DNA from: the human T2T-CHM13v2.0 reference genome, Homo sapiens
Length of the DNA: 64,000 nucleotides
NCBI GenBank assembly: GCA_009914755.4
Contig: CP068257.2
Coordinates: forward strand, 16,192,001-16,256,000
Direction of reading: 5' to 3'
The notes beneath the pieces were generated by a model. That model was not told the origin of the DNA and did no database searches. It worked only from the letters and a program-made list of their open reading frames with translations. Both the position numbers and the translations under genes were made by a program. Each line of letters begins with the position of its first letter. The stretch's first letter is position 1. This document shows, in pieces, positions 26,734-37,949 of the stretch.

Positions 26734-29700
26734 AAAGTTTGGGCACTGATCCAGAAGAAATAGAATGCCGAGAATGAAAGTCTTATATGGGAGGAACTTC
26801 AACTCCTCCATGAGTTTTATTGGCAACTGAAGCCACCTTTCTCTTTCGATGATGCTCTTTCCCCTTTGCTTGAAGACTCTTAACAAGCCCTCAAACAGGC
26901 TCATCTAAGAGATTTACCTGACCAGAGACCCTAATTTGTCTTTTGTTCCATCCATACCCTCTTCTTTGTCTCTAAGGCCTTAAATGTTGTCAGATCCCAA
27001 CATGTTCTGGGAGCCAATTTAAAGGCGAATTTGCAAGATGACAGAATAGCCACAAAAAATGGCAAAACTTTGTTAATTTATATCAGACTTGTGGGTTTGT
27101 GTGTATGTGTGTGTATTTTGAATGAGTAGGCCAAAGAGGGAACTGATGAGTTTAGATTAGGCTGATTTTAGCATCATGGGGACAACTCACTGAGATTCTG
27201 GATTCAATGTGCCTCTTCGAGCTGAGAGTAATTCTAATTGTTTGTTTGGTTGACTTGTCTTGGAAACAAAGCCTTACTTTGTGTTTGAATCAGAAACAAC
27301 CAGTGGCATTATTATTCTAAAAAACAACAGATGTTGGAAAAGAAGAGCAAATTGAACCAATTTCTCCTCACTCAAAAGTTTTTTGTAGTAGATATAGATT
27401 GGAAAGATATAGAAAAGTGGAGAAGAAAATAAATTGGGAATGTTCAACAGTGTAAGTGAATAAGATCAGGCATATAATTCATGAAGCAATATTGTTGGTT
27501 TTTCACGCAATGGAATACTCTTAAATCAAATTTAAAATCTGGTAGGATGTTGAAGAGAAAATTTCATTCGTTCATTCATTCATTCATTCAAATGTTCATT
27601 AAATGTCTAATATGTTCACACACAGTATTTTAGGTACTGGAGATATAACAATAAACTAGGGAAATTAAAATTTTCTCATGTAACTTATATTCTAGTGGAG
27701 AAAGAGAATGAACAAATGCATTAAAATATACAGTATTTTAGAAGGTTATCTATGTAATATGAACCCCAAAGTATCTGAGACAGGTCTCGATTTAGCCAAA
27801 GTTAGGCATGCACTTGTGATACAGCCTCAGGAGATCCTGATGACATGTACTCAAGGTTATTGGGGGTACAGCTTGCTTTTATACATTTTAGGGAGAAATA
27901 GTACATCAATCAATACATGTATGATTTACATTGGTTCGACCTGGAAAGGTGGGAAAACTCGGAGCCATGGCTTCCAGGTCATAGGTAGATTTAAAAATTT
28001 TCTGATTGGCAATTGGTTGAAAGAGTTATTATCAATAAAAAGGAATGTCTGGTTTATGATAAGGGATTGTGGAGACCAAGGTTTTATCATGCAGCATGAC
28101 ATCTCCAGGTAGCAGGCTTCAGAGAGAGAATCAATTGTATATATTTCTTACCAGACTTAAGATCTGTGTGGATGTTAATTCTGGTTGGCTCTTCCTGAAT
28201 TCCAAAAGGGAGGAAGAACTAATGAGGCATGTTCGAACCCTGCTTCCCGTCATGGCCTGAACTAGTTTTTCAGGTTAATTTTGGAATGCCCTTGGCCAAG
28301 AGGAGAGGTCTATTCAAATAGTTGGGGGTGGGTCTTAGAATTTTATTTTTGTTTACAGTAAGAAGAAAATAAATCTGCTTAAATCAGGATTGCCAGGGTG
28401 TAGAAGAGTACAATTTAAAAAATGGTTGTCAGGGATGATGTCAATGAGAATGTCACATTTGAGTAATAGCCTGAAAGGAGGCATTAAAGTAGCCTTGTGC
28501 ATCTCCAAGGGAAGACTATTCTAGGCAGAAAGGACCAGGGGAAAGATTGGGACCTTAACTGGCCCCATGGAGTGGAGTGAACCAGGGTGATACTAGTAGG
28601 AGATGAAGTCAGAGGTATAGAGTGGAGCCTGATTGGATTATTTCCCACAAAGATGAAAGATAGAGAATTATAAGCAGTGGAAAATTAGAAACCAACATTG
28701 AAGTTAGACACGGTCAGAAGTCCTTCATCAGCAAGTGGAAGTGGATTCCACTAATATCCAGGATTAGGTCCACGTCAATTGTGAAGGCAGAAATAAGTTG
28801 CATAAATAACTTTATGAACACCCACCTTGCCTCCTCCTGCTGCCACTGTGCTCTTGTGGGGGAATTTCTTCATATCAGTTGACTGAAGAGGAAAACATTT
28901 GATTCTTTTAAAAGGATGGCTCTGCATATTTGTGTACCAACCAGAAATAGATTGCTGAGGCATTACTTTCACCCTCAGGAGTGGTCCTGAAGGACAGTCA
29001 AAATGGAAATTCTCCCAGTGAAAAGAAATGTAAACAATTTATCTTATTGTCCACTTTGTCAGTTAGTAGAAAGCCCCAGGTAGGTATCTGTACTGATTGA
29101 TGGGCAGTGGTTAATGGTATAATCAGATTGTCAGGGAACTAAAAGAAGCAGAATTGTAAGATTGATCACAAAGTGTTTGGGGAAGACACTTACGTATGGA
29201 CCCCTCTGAATGGGGTTTCTAAGTGTGACTAAATATAGCCTATGCAACTGACCAACAAAAGGCTACAGTGAATGAGGGTTTTAATTATCAGGTGGACAAG
29301 ATGACTCACTATTTATGTCAGTCGGCTTTTTTCTGATTTCCTTAGTACTTGATTAAAGTGGATATGGTGACAGACATTAACACATGGACTTTTTCTAAAA
29401 AATCTGACCTTGTGTACTTTCCAGAAACAGCAATTAACCCTGAGCTTGTAATACAATACCATGCCCTAGGGAGGGCAGCGAGACTTCTATCAAGGAGGAG
29501 GCTATGACACTTTAGATTTTAATTTGCCTTTCTTCCTAATTTTGCTTCAGTACCACTATACATGGAATGACTATTTTATACACAGTTATGATATTCCACC
29601 CAGCCTTTCTCTGATCAAGGAAGTCTATTTTACAGTGAAAAAAAAAGTGAGGCAAAGGGTGATTGACAAGTCTAAGATACCCAAGGCTCAGAAACAGCTA

Positions 29701-30433
29701 TGGCCGATCGGAGTCTCACATATAGGAGAGCTTAGACACAACACCTTGTGACTAGAGGACTGTCTCGTAATATCCTTTTAGCCAAGGATCAGTATACAGT
29801 ATTATATCTCCCACAAACTGAATACATGCATTTGGAGACAATAGGCTGGAAGTGAGAGTAGAGTTTCTCCCTAAATAGGAGAAAGTGAAATCATTTAATA
29901 ATCTATTTGCAAATGTTTTACCTCCCATCCTCACTCTTTCAGACTTTGAAGATTTTAGTATTGAAGAGAAGAATGTTTCCTTCTGGGATATTTGGCAAAT
30001 GATTCCTTTAAATTTGAAGCTTAGACTATAGCTTACCCATTCAGAGTTCTTCATGCCACTGAGTAAATGAGCAAAAGGAAGTTATGTTGTTAACTAATTA
30101 ATCCTGTCAAGGGTTTTACTACACAGTGGGCACAGAGAGAGGCATGATAGTGCTAAAATAATAATCTGAATTTCCTCCTAGTACAGCCATGCCCAATAGT
30201 AAAATTTAACAAAAGCTAAAACATCACTTTATAAGCAGAATAATCTATGGCTCAGGTATTATACTTTAGGACTAAGATTCTGAGTCACCTATTGGTTGAA
30301 GGGCCACGACTATCTGGAGTGCTGGTTAAAGACAAAGGCACATGGAATAAGTAATGGAGAAGGGCAGTCATAAGTACCTTATTTTATCAACTGAAAGCTT
30401 TGGAGTTTATCAAAGCATCCAAGCCTCCCTTTC

Positions 30434-30435
<2 letters not shown>

Positions 30436-30484
<49 letters not shown>
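30436..30484. repeat. (GT)n microsatellite, about 24 units
   Basis: An uninterrupted 'gtgtgt...' run. It abuts the T-rich tail of the Alu at 30486-30769. Confidence 0.98.
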
Positions 30485-30485
<1 letters not shown>

Positions 30486-30487
<2 letters not shown>

Positions 30488-30769
30488 AAATTTTTTTATT
30501 TTTTATTTATTAATTTATTGTTTTTAGAGATCGTGGGTCACTGCATCCTCCACCTCCTAGGCTCAAGCGATCCTCCACCCCAGCCTCCTGAGTTCCTGGG
30601 ACTACAGGCACTTGCCAACATGCCTGGCTAATTCTTGTTTTCTTTTTTTAATAGAGACTAGGTTTTGCCATATGGTCTAGTCTGGTCTCCAGCTCCTGGG
30701 CTCAAGAGATCCTCCCACCTTGGCCTCCCAAAATGTTGGGATTATAGGGGTGAGCCAGTGTGCCTAGCC
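30486..30769 (-). mobile_element. Alu SINE, diverged and probably an old AluJ-like copy
   Basis: A T/A-rich tail is followed by 'agagatcgtgggtcactgcatcctccacctcctaggctcaagcgatcctccaccccagcctcctgagttcctgggactacaggc...ttgggattataggggtgagccagtgtgcctagcc'. Confidence 0.9.
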
Positions 30770-31194
30770 ACTTCATGAGTCTTTAACTTTTATTCCCCAG
30801 CTCTTATCACTCTATAGCAAGCTGTGCTCATCTTCTGAACTTACAACTAGAATTAGCAAATGCCCTAAGAGGAAAAGTCATCCTGACTGTCGGGTTCACC
30901 TCTCAGCAATATCCTCCTTTCTTGGATTTTGGCCCATCAAGAGCTCTCAATCTTGGTAGCTTTATGACACATTCAAACATTTTTTTTTTAAATCCTTTTT
31001 TTTTTTTTTAGTTTTCTCAGTAAGATGGTTAGTCTAAAACAATCTAGTCTGCATTTAGCAAACTCATAAAACCATATTTCTTTTTCTTCATAGCACTTGT
31101 CTCAGTTTGCAATTAGAAACTCATTTCTGTGATTATTTGCTAAATATCTGTCTCCCCCACAACACATAATTAGAAACTGTACCCATTTTTGCTC

Positions 31195-31270
31195 ACTGGA
31201 TTATCTATGGCCTAGCACAGTGCTAGGCACATAGTAGATACTTAATATTTACTGAGCCAATTAATGAATG
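31195..31270 (+). mobile_element. MIR/MLT1-like 3' terminal fragment
   Basis: 'gcctagcacagtgctaggcacatagtagatacttaatatttactgagccaattaatgaatgaa' carries the conserved MIR/MLT1 terminal motif. Confidence 0.5.
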
Positions 31271-31575
31271 AACCTTGGGCAAGTTGCTTATTATTAACAA
31301 TAGCAAGCACCTGTTAAGTGCAAAACACTAGGGTCAAGTTATGGCACTTAGAGTCTAAAGACTTTTGCTCTTATATCCTACCATTTATCCTTATCAATGA
31401 AACAACACAAAATGTTTTGCCTTCAGGATCAAGGCTTTTTCAGATATAGATTTTAAATGGCTCAGAAAGGAATGAATATTTGAAGAAAGAATTGTACATA
31501 GATTTAACTGGAAGGGAGGAGCCCAAGGAATTTAACACAGAAATGGTTAGTGGCACAGACCCTAAATCACAGTCA

Positions 31576-31919
<344 letters not shown>

Positions 31920-31977
31920 GTTAGCGTTAAGTGCCTGGAAAAAGGCTACATGGTGTCAGCGTCTAAGTATCAACTGA

Positions 31978-32407
<430 letters not shown>

Positions 32408-32920
32408 TTAAGTCACAGACCTGAAATCCTGTGTATTCTTGAAATTTGCGCATGTGTATTTTGTTTTTTATCATTTTATTTCATACTTTATAGACAGACT
32501 AACTTAATAATTTATGTTTGCTGTCTTCATAAGTATTTATATCTGTGCATACATATAGATACATGTAATTTAGAGTATATATAGGATGTTTTATTAATGC
32601 TTTCTTGGTTGTAAATCCTTGAAAGAATGCTAATTACTCTGTCTTTATTTCTTAATTAGGCACTATGCAGCCTCCATAATAACTACTAGCTGTGAACGAG
32701 AGCACTATAAAAGTTACTCAAGTAATTGCCTTACAAACTACAACTCTACTTAAGTGACAAGTCATATGAGTTAAATAAAAATTGTAAAAACAAAGTAGCC
32801 TCCTATCATATTAAAAGTCCTTCAGCATTTCAGTTCCTGGATGATGGTGAAAGGAGCTATACATTTAGAAATAGAAGAATATCCATCTTAGATGATCCCA
32901 AAGAAGCATCTTTTCATGCT

Positions 32921-33224
32921 TTTTTTTTTTTTTTCTTAAGATACTGGATCTCACTGTGTTGGCCAGACTGGAGTGCAGTGGTGTGATCATAGCTCACTGC
33001 AGTCTCTGAACTCCTGGGCTAAAGTGATCCTCCTACCTCAGCTTCCGGAGTAGCTGGGACTACAGGCACGTGACACTATGCCTGACTAATTTTTCAAATT
33101 TCTTGTAGAGATAGAGTCTTGTTTTGTTGCCCAGGCTGGTCTCGAACTCCTGCCCTGAAGTGATCCTCCTGCCTCAGCCTCCCAAAGTGTTAGGATTAAA
33201 AGTGTGAGCCACCAAGCCCTGCCC
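32921..33224 (-). mobile_element. Alu SINE, diverged
   Basis: Poly-T followed by 'cttaagatactggatctcactgtgttggccagactggagtgcagtggtgtgatcatagctcactgcagtctctgaactcctgggctaaagtgatcctcctacctcagc...'. Confidence 0.9.
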
Positions 33225-33809
33225 ATGATCAATTTTAACTTGCAATTGCATCATTTAAGAAAAAAGTTTTATTCAGAGCTAGTAGCTACAGCTAGCAGTA
33301 CATTCAGTTGCTGGTAACAAAATCCAGACAGACTGAACAAAGTAGGGATCATATTCTCTCATGTAAGGACAAACTAAAATAAAGCTGTCCTGGGCTGGTA
33401 TGAAAGCTCAAAGATTAATAGAGAACCAGACTCCCATCTTTCTTTAGGGCATGGCTTTGCATCTTCAAGCACACATATGATGTTTCCTAGAACTCCAGAC
33501 ATTGTGAACATGTTTTAGGAAGAAAGGGGAAAAAATAATGACAAAATTTAGTCAGCCTCCTTTAAAGCAGTTTCCAAAAAGCCATCCGTGACTTCTTTTA
33601 CCTCATTGGTTTTCAGTCCCGCAAGGGAGGATGGGAAATATAGTCATTGAGCTGGGCACATTATCACTGGAAAAAAATTTGAATTCTGTTAAGAAGAAAG
33701 GGCAAAACAGATTGAGTTGTGTCACAGAGATTCAAAATGTTCTAAAAAATTTCAGGGCAAGAAGCTATTTTTAGATACCTAATATATGCCAGGCTGTCTA
33801 CTACATCCC

Positions 33810-33900
33810 AGGGGACAAAGACAAATATGAGATTGGGCCTTCTCTCAAGGAGCTGACTGTTTAGTGGGGGTGGCAGACTGTAAAAAACATATCTCAATTT
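33810..33900 (+). mobile_element. Possible MIR core fragment
   Basis: 'ccttctctcaaggagctgactgtttagtgggggtggcagactgtaaaaaacatatc' resembles the MIR core 'cctcatggagcttacagtctagtggggagacagacaa'. Confidence 0.35.
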
Positions 33901-34384
33901 ATGTCTTGATAATGATATTCCAGGACTTTTCCTTAGTTCAGCTAAAGAGGGGGTCTTTGCCCCACAGCCACAAAAATTTAGGCTCGCAGACGATTTGAAG
34001 GGAGAGAATAATGGGATTTATAGGGCAAAAAGGAAAAAAGGGAGAACAGGGGCTCTCTGCAAGGTCAGAGTTCCTGCTAGTGTGCTCACCACCTCACAGC
34101 TTGAATTCCAGCCACCCAGGAAGCCTGGCTGTCTCAATGAGAGGTTTGATGGGGTGTTGTGGGAGAGCAGAGATAAATTCAATCAAACCTGGAAGTCTTG
34201 GCTTCTGGGAAGTGATATTCTCAGAATCTAATCTTGAAGGATGAATAAGAGCCAGATGACATTCCAGGCTTAGGAAACATCACAAAGAGAGCTAGGATAA
34301 GGAAAACATCATTGTTTACCAAGAATTGCTAGCAGCTAGGGATTATTAGAAGGTAAAATAGAGGGTAGTTGCAGACGGCATGAT

Positions 34385-36279
34385 TTTATATTTTAAAAAA
34401 CCCATCATCTGAGCCCAAAAACTTCTTGAACTGATAAGCAACTTCAGCAAAATCTCAGGATATAACATCAATGTGTAAAAATCACAAGCATTCCTTTACA
34501 CCAACAATTGGCAAGCAGAGAGCCAAATCATGAATGAACTCCCATTCATAATCTCTACAACGAAAAACAGTATCTAAGGAATACAGCTAACAAGGGATGT
34601 GAAGGACCTCTTCAAGAAGAACTACATACAACTGCTCAAGGAAATAAGAGAGGACAAAAACAAATGGGAAAACATTCCATCCTCATGGACAGGAAGAATC
34701 AGTATCGTGAAAATGGTTATACTGCCCAAAGTAATTTATAGATTCAATGCCATTCCCATCAAACTATCATTGGCATTCTTCATAGAGTTAGAAAAAACTA
34801 TTTAAAACTTCATATGGAATCAGAGAAGACCCCATATAGCCAAGAGAGTCCTAAGCAAAAAGAACAAAGCTGGAGGAATCATGCTACCTGACTTCAAACT
34901 ATACTGCAGGGCTACAGTAACCAAAACAGCATGGTACTGGTACCAAAACAGACTTATAGACCAATGGAACAGAACAGAGACCTCAGAAATAACACTGCAC
35001 ATCTACAACCATCTGATCTTTGACAAACCTGACAAAAACAAGCAATGGGGAAAGGATCTCCTATTCAGTAAATGGTGCTGGGAAGACTGGCTAGCCATAT
35101 GCAGAAAACTGAAACTGGACCCCTTCCTTACATATTATACAAAAATTAACTCAAGATGGATTAAAGACTTAAAATCCAAAATCATAAAACCCTAAAAGAA
35201 AACCCAGGCAATACCATTCAGGACATAGGCATGGGCAAAGACTTCATGACAAAAATGCCAAAAGCAATTGCGGCAAAAGCCAAAAATGACAAATGGACCT
35301 AATTAAACTAAAGAGCTTCTGTACAGCAAAAGAAACTATCATCAGAGTGAACAGGCTATCAACAGAGTGGGAGAAAATTTTTGCAATCTATCCATCTGAC
35401 AAAGGGCTAATATCCAGAATTTACAAGGAACTTAAACATATTTATAAGAAAAAAACAACCCCATCAAAAAGTGGATAAAGGATACGAACAAACATTCTCA
35501 AAATAAGACATTTACGTGGCTGACAAACATATGAAAAAAGCTCAATATCATGATCATCAGAGAAATGAAAATCAAAACTACAATGGAATACTATCTCATG
35601 CCAGTCAGAATGGCGATTACTAAAGAGTCAGGAAACAATAGATGCTGGCGAGGCTGTGGAGAAATAGGAATGCTTTTACACTGTTGGTGGGAATGTAAAT
35701 TAATTCAATCATTGTGGAAGACAGTATGGCAATTCCTCAAGGATCTAGAACCAGAAATACCATTTGACCCAGCAATCCCATTATTGGGTATATACCCAAA
35801 GGTGTATAAATCATTCTACTATAAAGATACATGCACAAGTATGTTTATTGCAGCACCATTTACAGTAGCAAAGACATGGAACCAACCCAAATGCCCATCA
35901 ATGATAGACTGGATAAAGAAAATGTGGTACATATACATCATGGAATACTACGCAGCCATAAAAAGAAATGAGATCGTGTCCTTTGCAGGGACATGGATGA
36001 AGCTGGAAGCCGTCATCCTCAGCAGACTAACACAGGAACAGAAAACCAAACACCGCATGTTCTCACTCATAAGTGGGAGTCAAACATTGAGAACACATGT
36101 ACACAGAGAGGGGAACAACATGCACTAGGGTCTACTGGGGGGTGGGGGGTGAGGGAAGAGAACTCAGAGGATGGGTCAATAGGTGCAGCAAACCACCATG
36201 GCACACGTATACCTATGTAACAAACCTGCACATTCTGCGCATGTATCCTTTTTTTTTCTTTAGAAATTAAAAAAAAAGA
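34385..36279 (+). mobile_element. 5'-truncated primate L1 (L1P-type): 3' half of ORF2 plus 3' UTR
   Basis: Nucleotide match to L1 ORF2 ('...caacttcagcaaaatctcaggatataacatcaatgtgtaaaaatcacaagcattcctttacaccaacaa...atggtgctgggaagactggctagccatatgcagaaaactgaaactggaccccttcc...gtaacaaacctgcacattctgcgcatgtatcc'). The 192-aa ORF at 35550-36128 is the ORF2p C-terminus ('...MEYYAAIKRNEIVSFAGTWMKLEAVILSRLTQEQKTKHRMFSLISGS...'). Confidence 0.92.
35550..36128 (+). pseudogene. L1 ORF2p C-terminal remnant, not a cellular gene
   Basis: Recognisable ORF2p C-terminal domain sequence. There are in-frame stops upstream in the same element. Confidence 0.85.
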
Positions 36280-36844
36280 AGGTAAAATGGAGCATAGAGG
36301 TGAAGAAGTAAATATGTTACAAAAGGCCCAGTTTGCTAGTTGAGTAACCAGGCTATGGAAAGCCTTGGAAGAGATTTCAACCTGGTAATTCTACCATCGA
36401 ACAGAATTTTAGATGTCTCATTGTGGATGTTCTGTGGAGGAAGCATCAAAGGAGGGAAAAGTTGAGAGACAGAGAGTCGTTAGGAGGCTATTTCAGTAGT
36501 CAAGGTAAGAAAGAATGGAATCCTAATTAGGCAGTAGTAGTAGGAATGAGGAGAAAAAAAGGATTACAGAACCATGTAGGAGGAATAATTAGTGAATGAA
36601 AAGATGTGGGTAGAAGGGGAGAAAGGAATTTAGAATGACTACAAGATTTTTGCTTTAGGAAACTAGGTGGATGATGGCACCATTAATTGTCATTATAAAT
36701 GCAAGAGTGGGAGGAGCAGGTGGGATGGGGATGGAGGAGTGGGAGAAATATTAGCTCAGTTGGAACATGTTGAGTTTGAAGTGTCTCTGTAGAAATACTT
36801 AGTAGGCAATTAGATATAAAACTCTTAATCTTGTGATTAAGGTG

Positions 36845-37409
36845 TGTATTAATCAGGGTTTGCCAGAGAAACAGAATCAATAGGAGACATATATATGAGG
36901 AGATTTTTAATGGGAATTGGTTTAAGTGATTATGAAGGCCAAGGAGTCCCGCCATCTGCCATCCGCAAGCTGGGGGACCAGGAAAGCCAGTGGTGTAATT
37001 CAGACGGAGTCCAAAGGCATTAGAGCTAGGGGAGCCTACGATAGAAGTCTTGATCTGAGTCTGAAGACCTGAGAACAGTGGGGTTGGGGGCAATGGTGTA
37101 AGGTCAGTCTGAGTCCCAAGGCCTGAGAACCAGGAGCACTGATGTCCAAGGGCAGGAAAAGATGGCTATCCTGGCTCAAACAGAAGGAGTGAGTTTGCAC
37201 TTCACCACTTTTTTGTTCTATTCTGGCTCTCAACAGATTGGATAATTCATATTCACATTGGGGAGGGTGGATCTTCTTCACTTAGTTTACTGGTTTAAAT
37301 GTTAATCTCTTCCAGAAACACCCTCACAGACACACCCAGAAATAATGTTCACCAGCTATCTAGGCATCCCTCAGCCCAGTCAAGTTGACACATAAAATTA
37401 ACCATCACA
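36845..37409 (-). mobile_element. MLT1/MST-type MaLR LTR, the 3' LTR of a minus-strand MaLR element
   Basis: The plus strand reads 'tgtattaatcagggtttgccagagaaacagaatcaataggagacatatatatgaggagatttttaatgggaattggtttaag...cagcccagtcaagttgacacataaaattaaccatcaca'. This is the reverse complement of a MaLR LTR ('TGT..GGTTAGTTTCATGTGTCAACTTGACTGGG...CCTATTGGTTCTGTTTCTCTGGAGAACCCTGACTAATACA'). Confidence 0.75.
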
Positions 37410-37949
37410 AGTCCACCCCTTGTCAACTTGGCACCAGTACCTATCTCCTTAAACCATACTTAACCTCCAGATAAAGGCAATAACAGGGTAATAAGCACCT
37501 AACATGACACAGATATTTTGTGTGTAACTCTCATCTCTTCCCCAGATGAGAAATAAAGTCTTTGAGTGATGTTTACTCATCTTCTCATATTCTATAACTT
37601 AAATATTATGATGTAAAATTAACAATATTAAAACACTAATACTGTTAACATATATGTTACATAATAAAGGAATAAGAGAGGAAATAAGACAATGATATTT
37701 ACTTAATATATCTATGTCTACATACAAATGTATTTCTAACAAAATAAGGGGGGACATCTTCATAATAGTCTGTTTCTGTAACTGGTCTTGTGGTCATAGC
37801 AGGTATTTATAATGACCATATTTACTATTTATTCTTTTTTCTCTTTGCTTTCATTGAGCATCTTGACTGGTGCTTCTGCTTAGTAGTCCAGATCAATCAC
37901 TCCAGCTAATACTATGACTCTGTTATAGACTCATAGGCATGAGAAGCTC

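Noticed and set aside
27566-27599. '(cattcatt)n'-like short tandem repeat
   Set aside because: Only about 4 units; too short to count for much beyond noting it as a cryptic simple repeat.
35550-36128. 192-aa ORF, the second-longest in the window, as a candidate protein-coding gene
   Set aside because: Its translation is the L1 ORF2p C-terminal domain ('...[53 protein letters not shown]...MEYYAAIKRNEIVSFAGTWMKLEAVILSRLTQEQKTKHRMFSLISGS'). It lies inside a 5'-truncated L1 and is preceded by in-frame stops. It is a transposon remnant, not a host gene.
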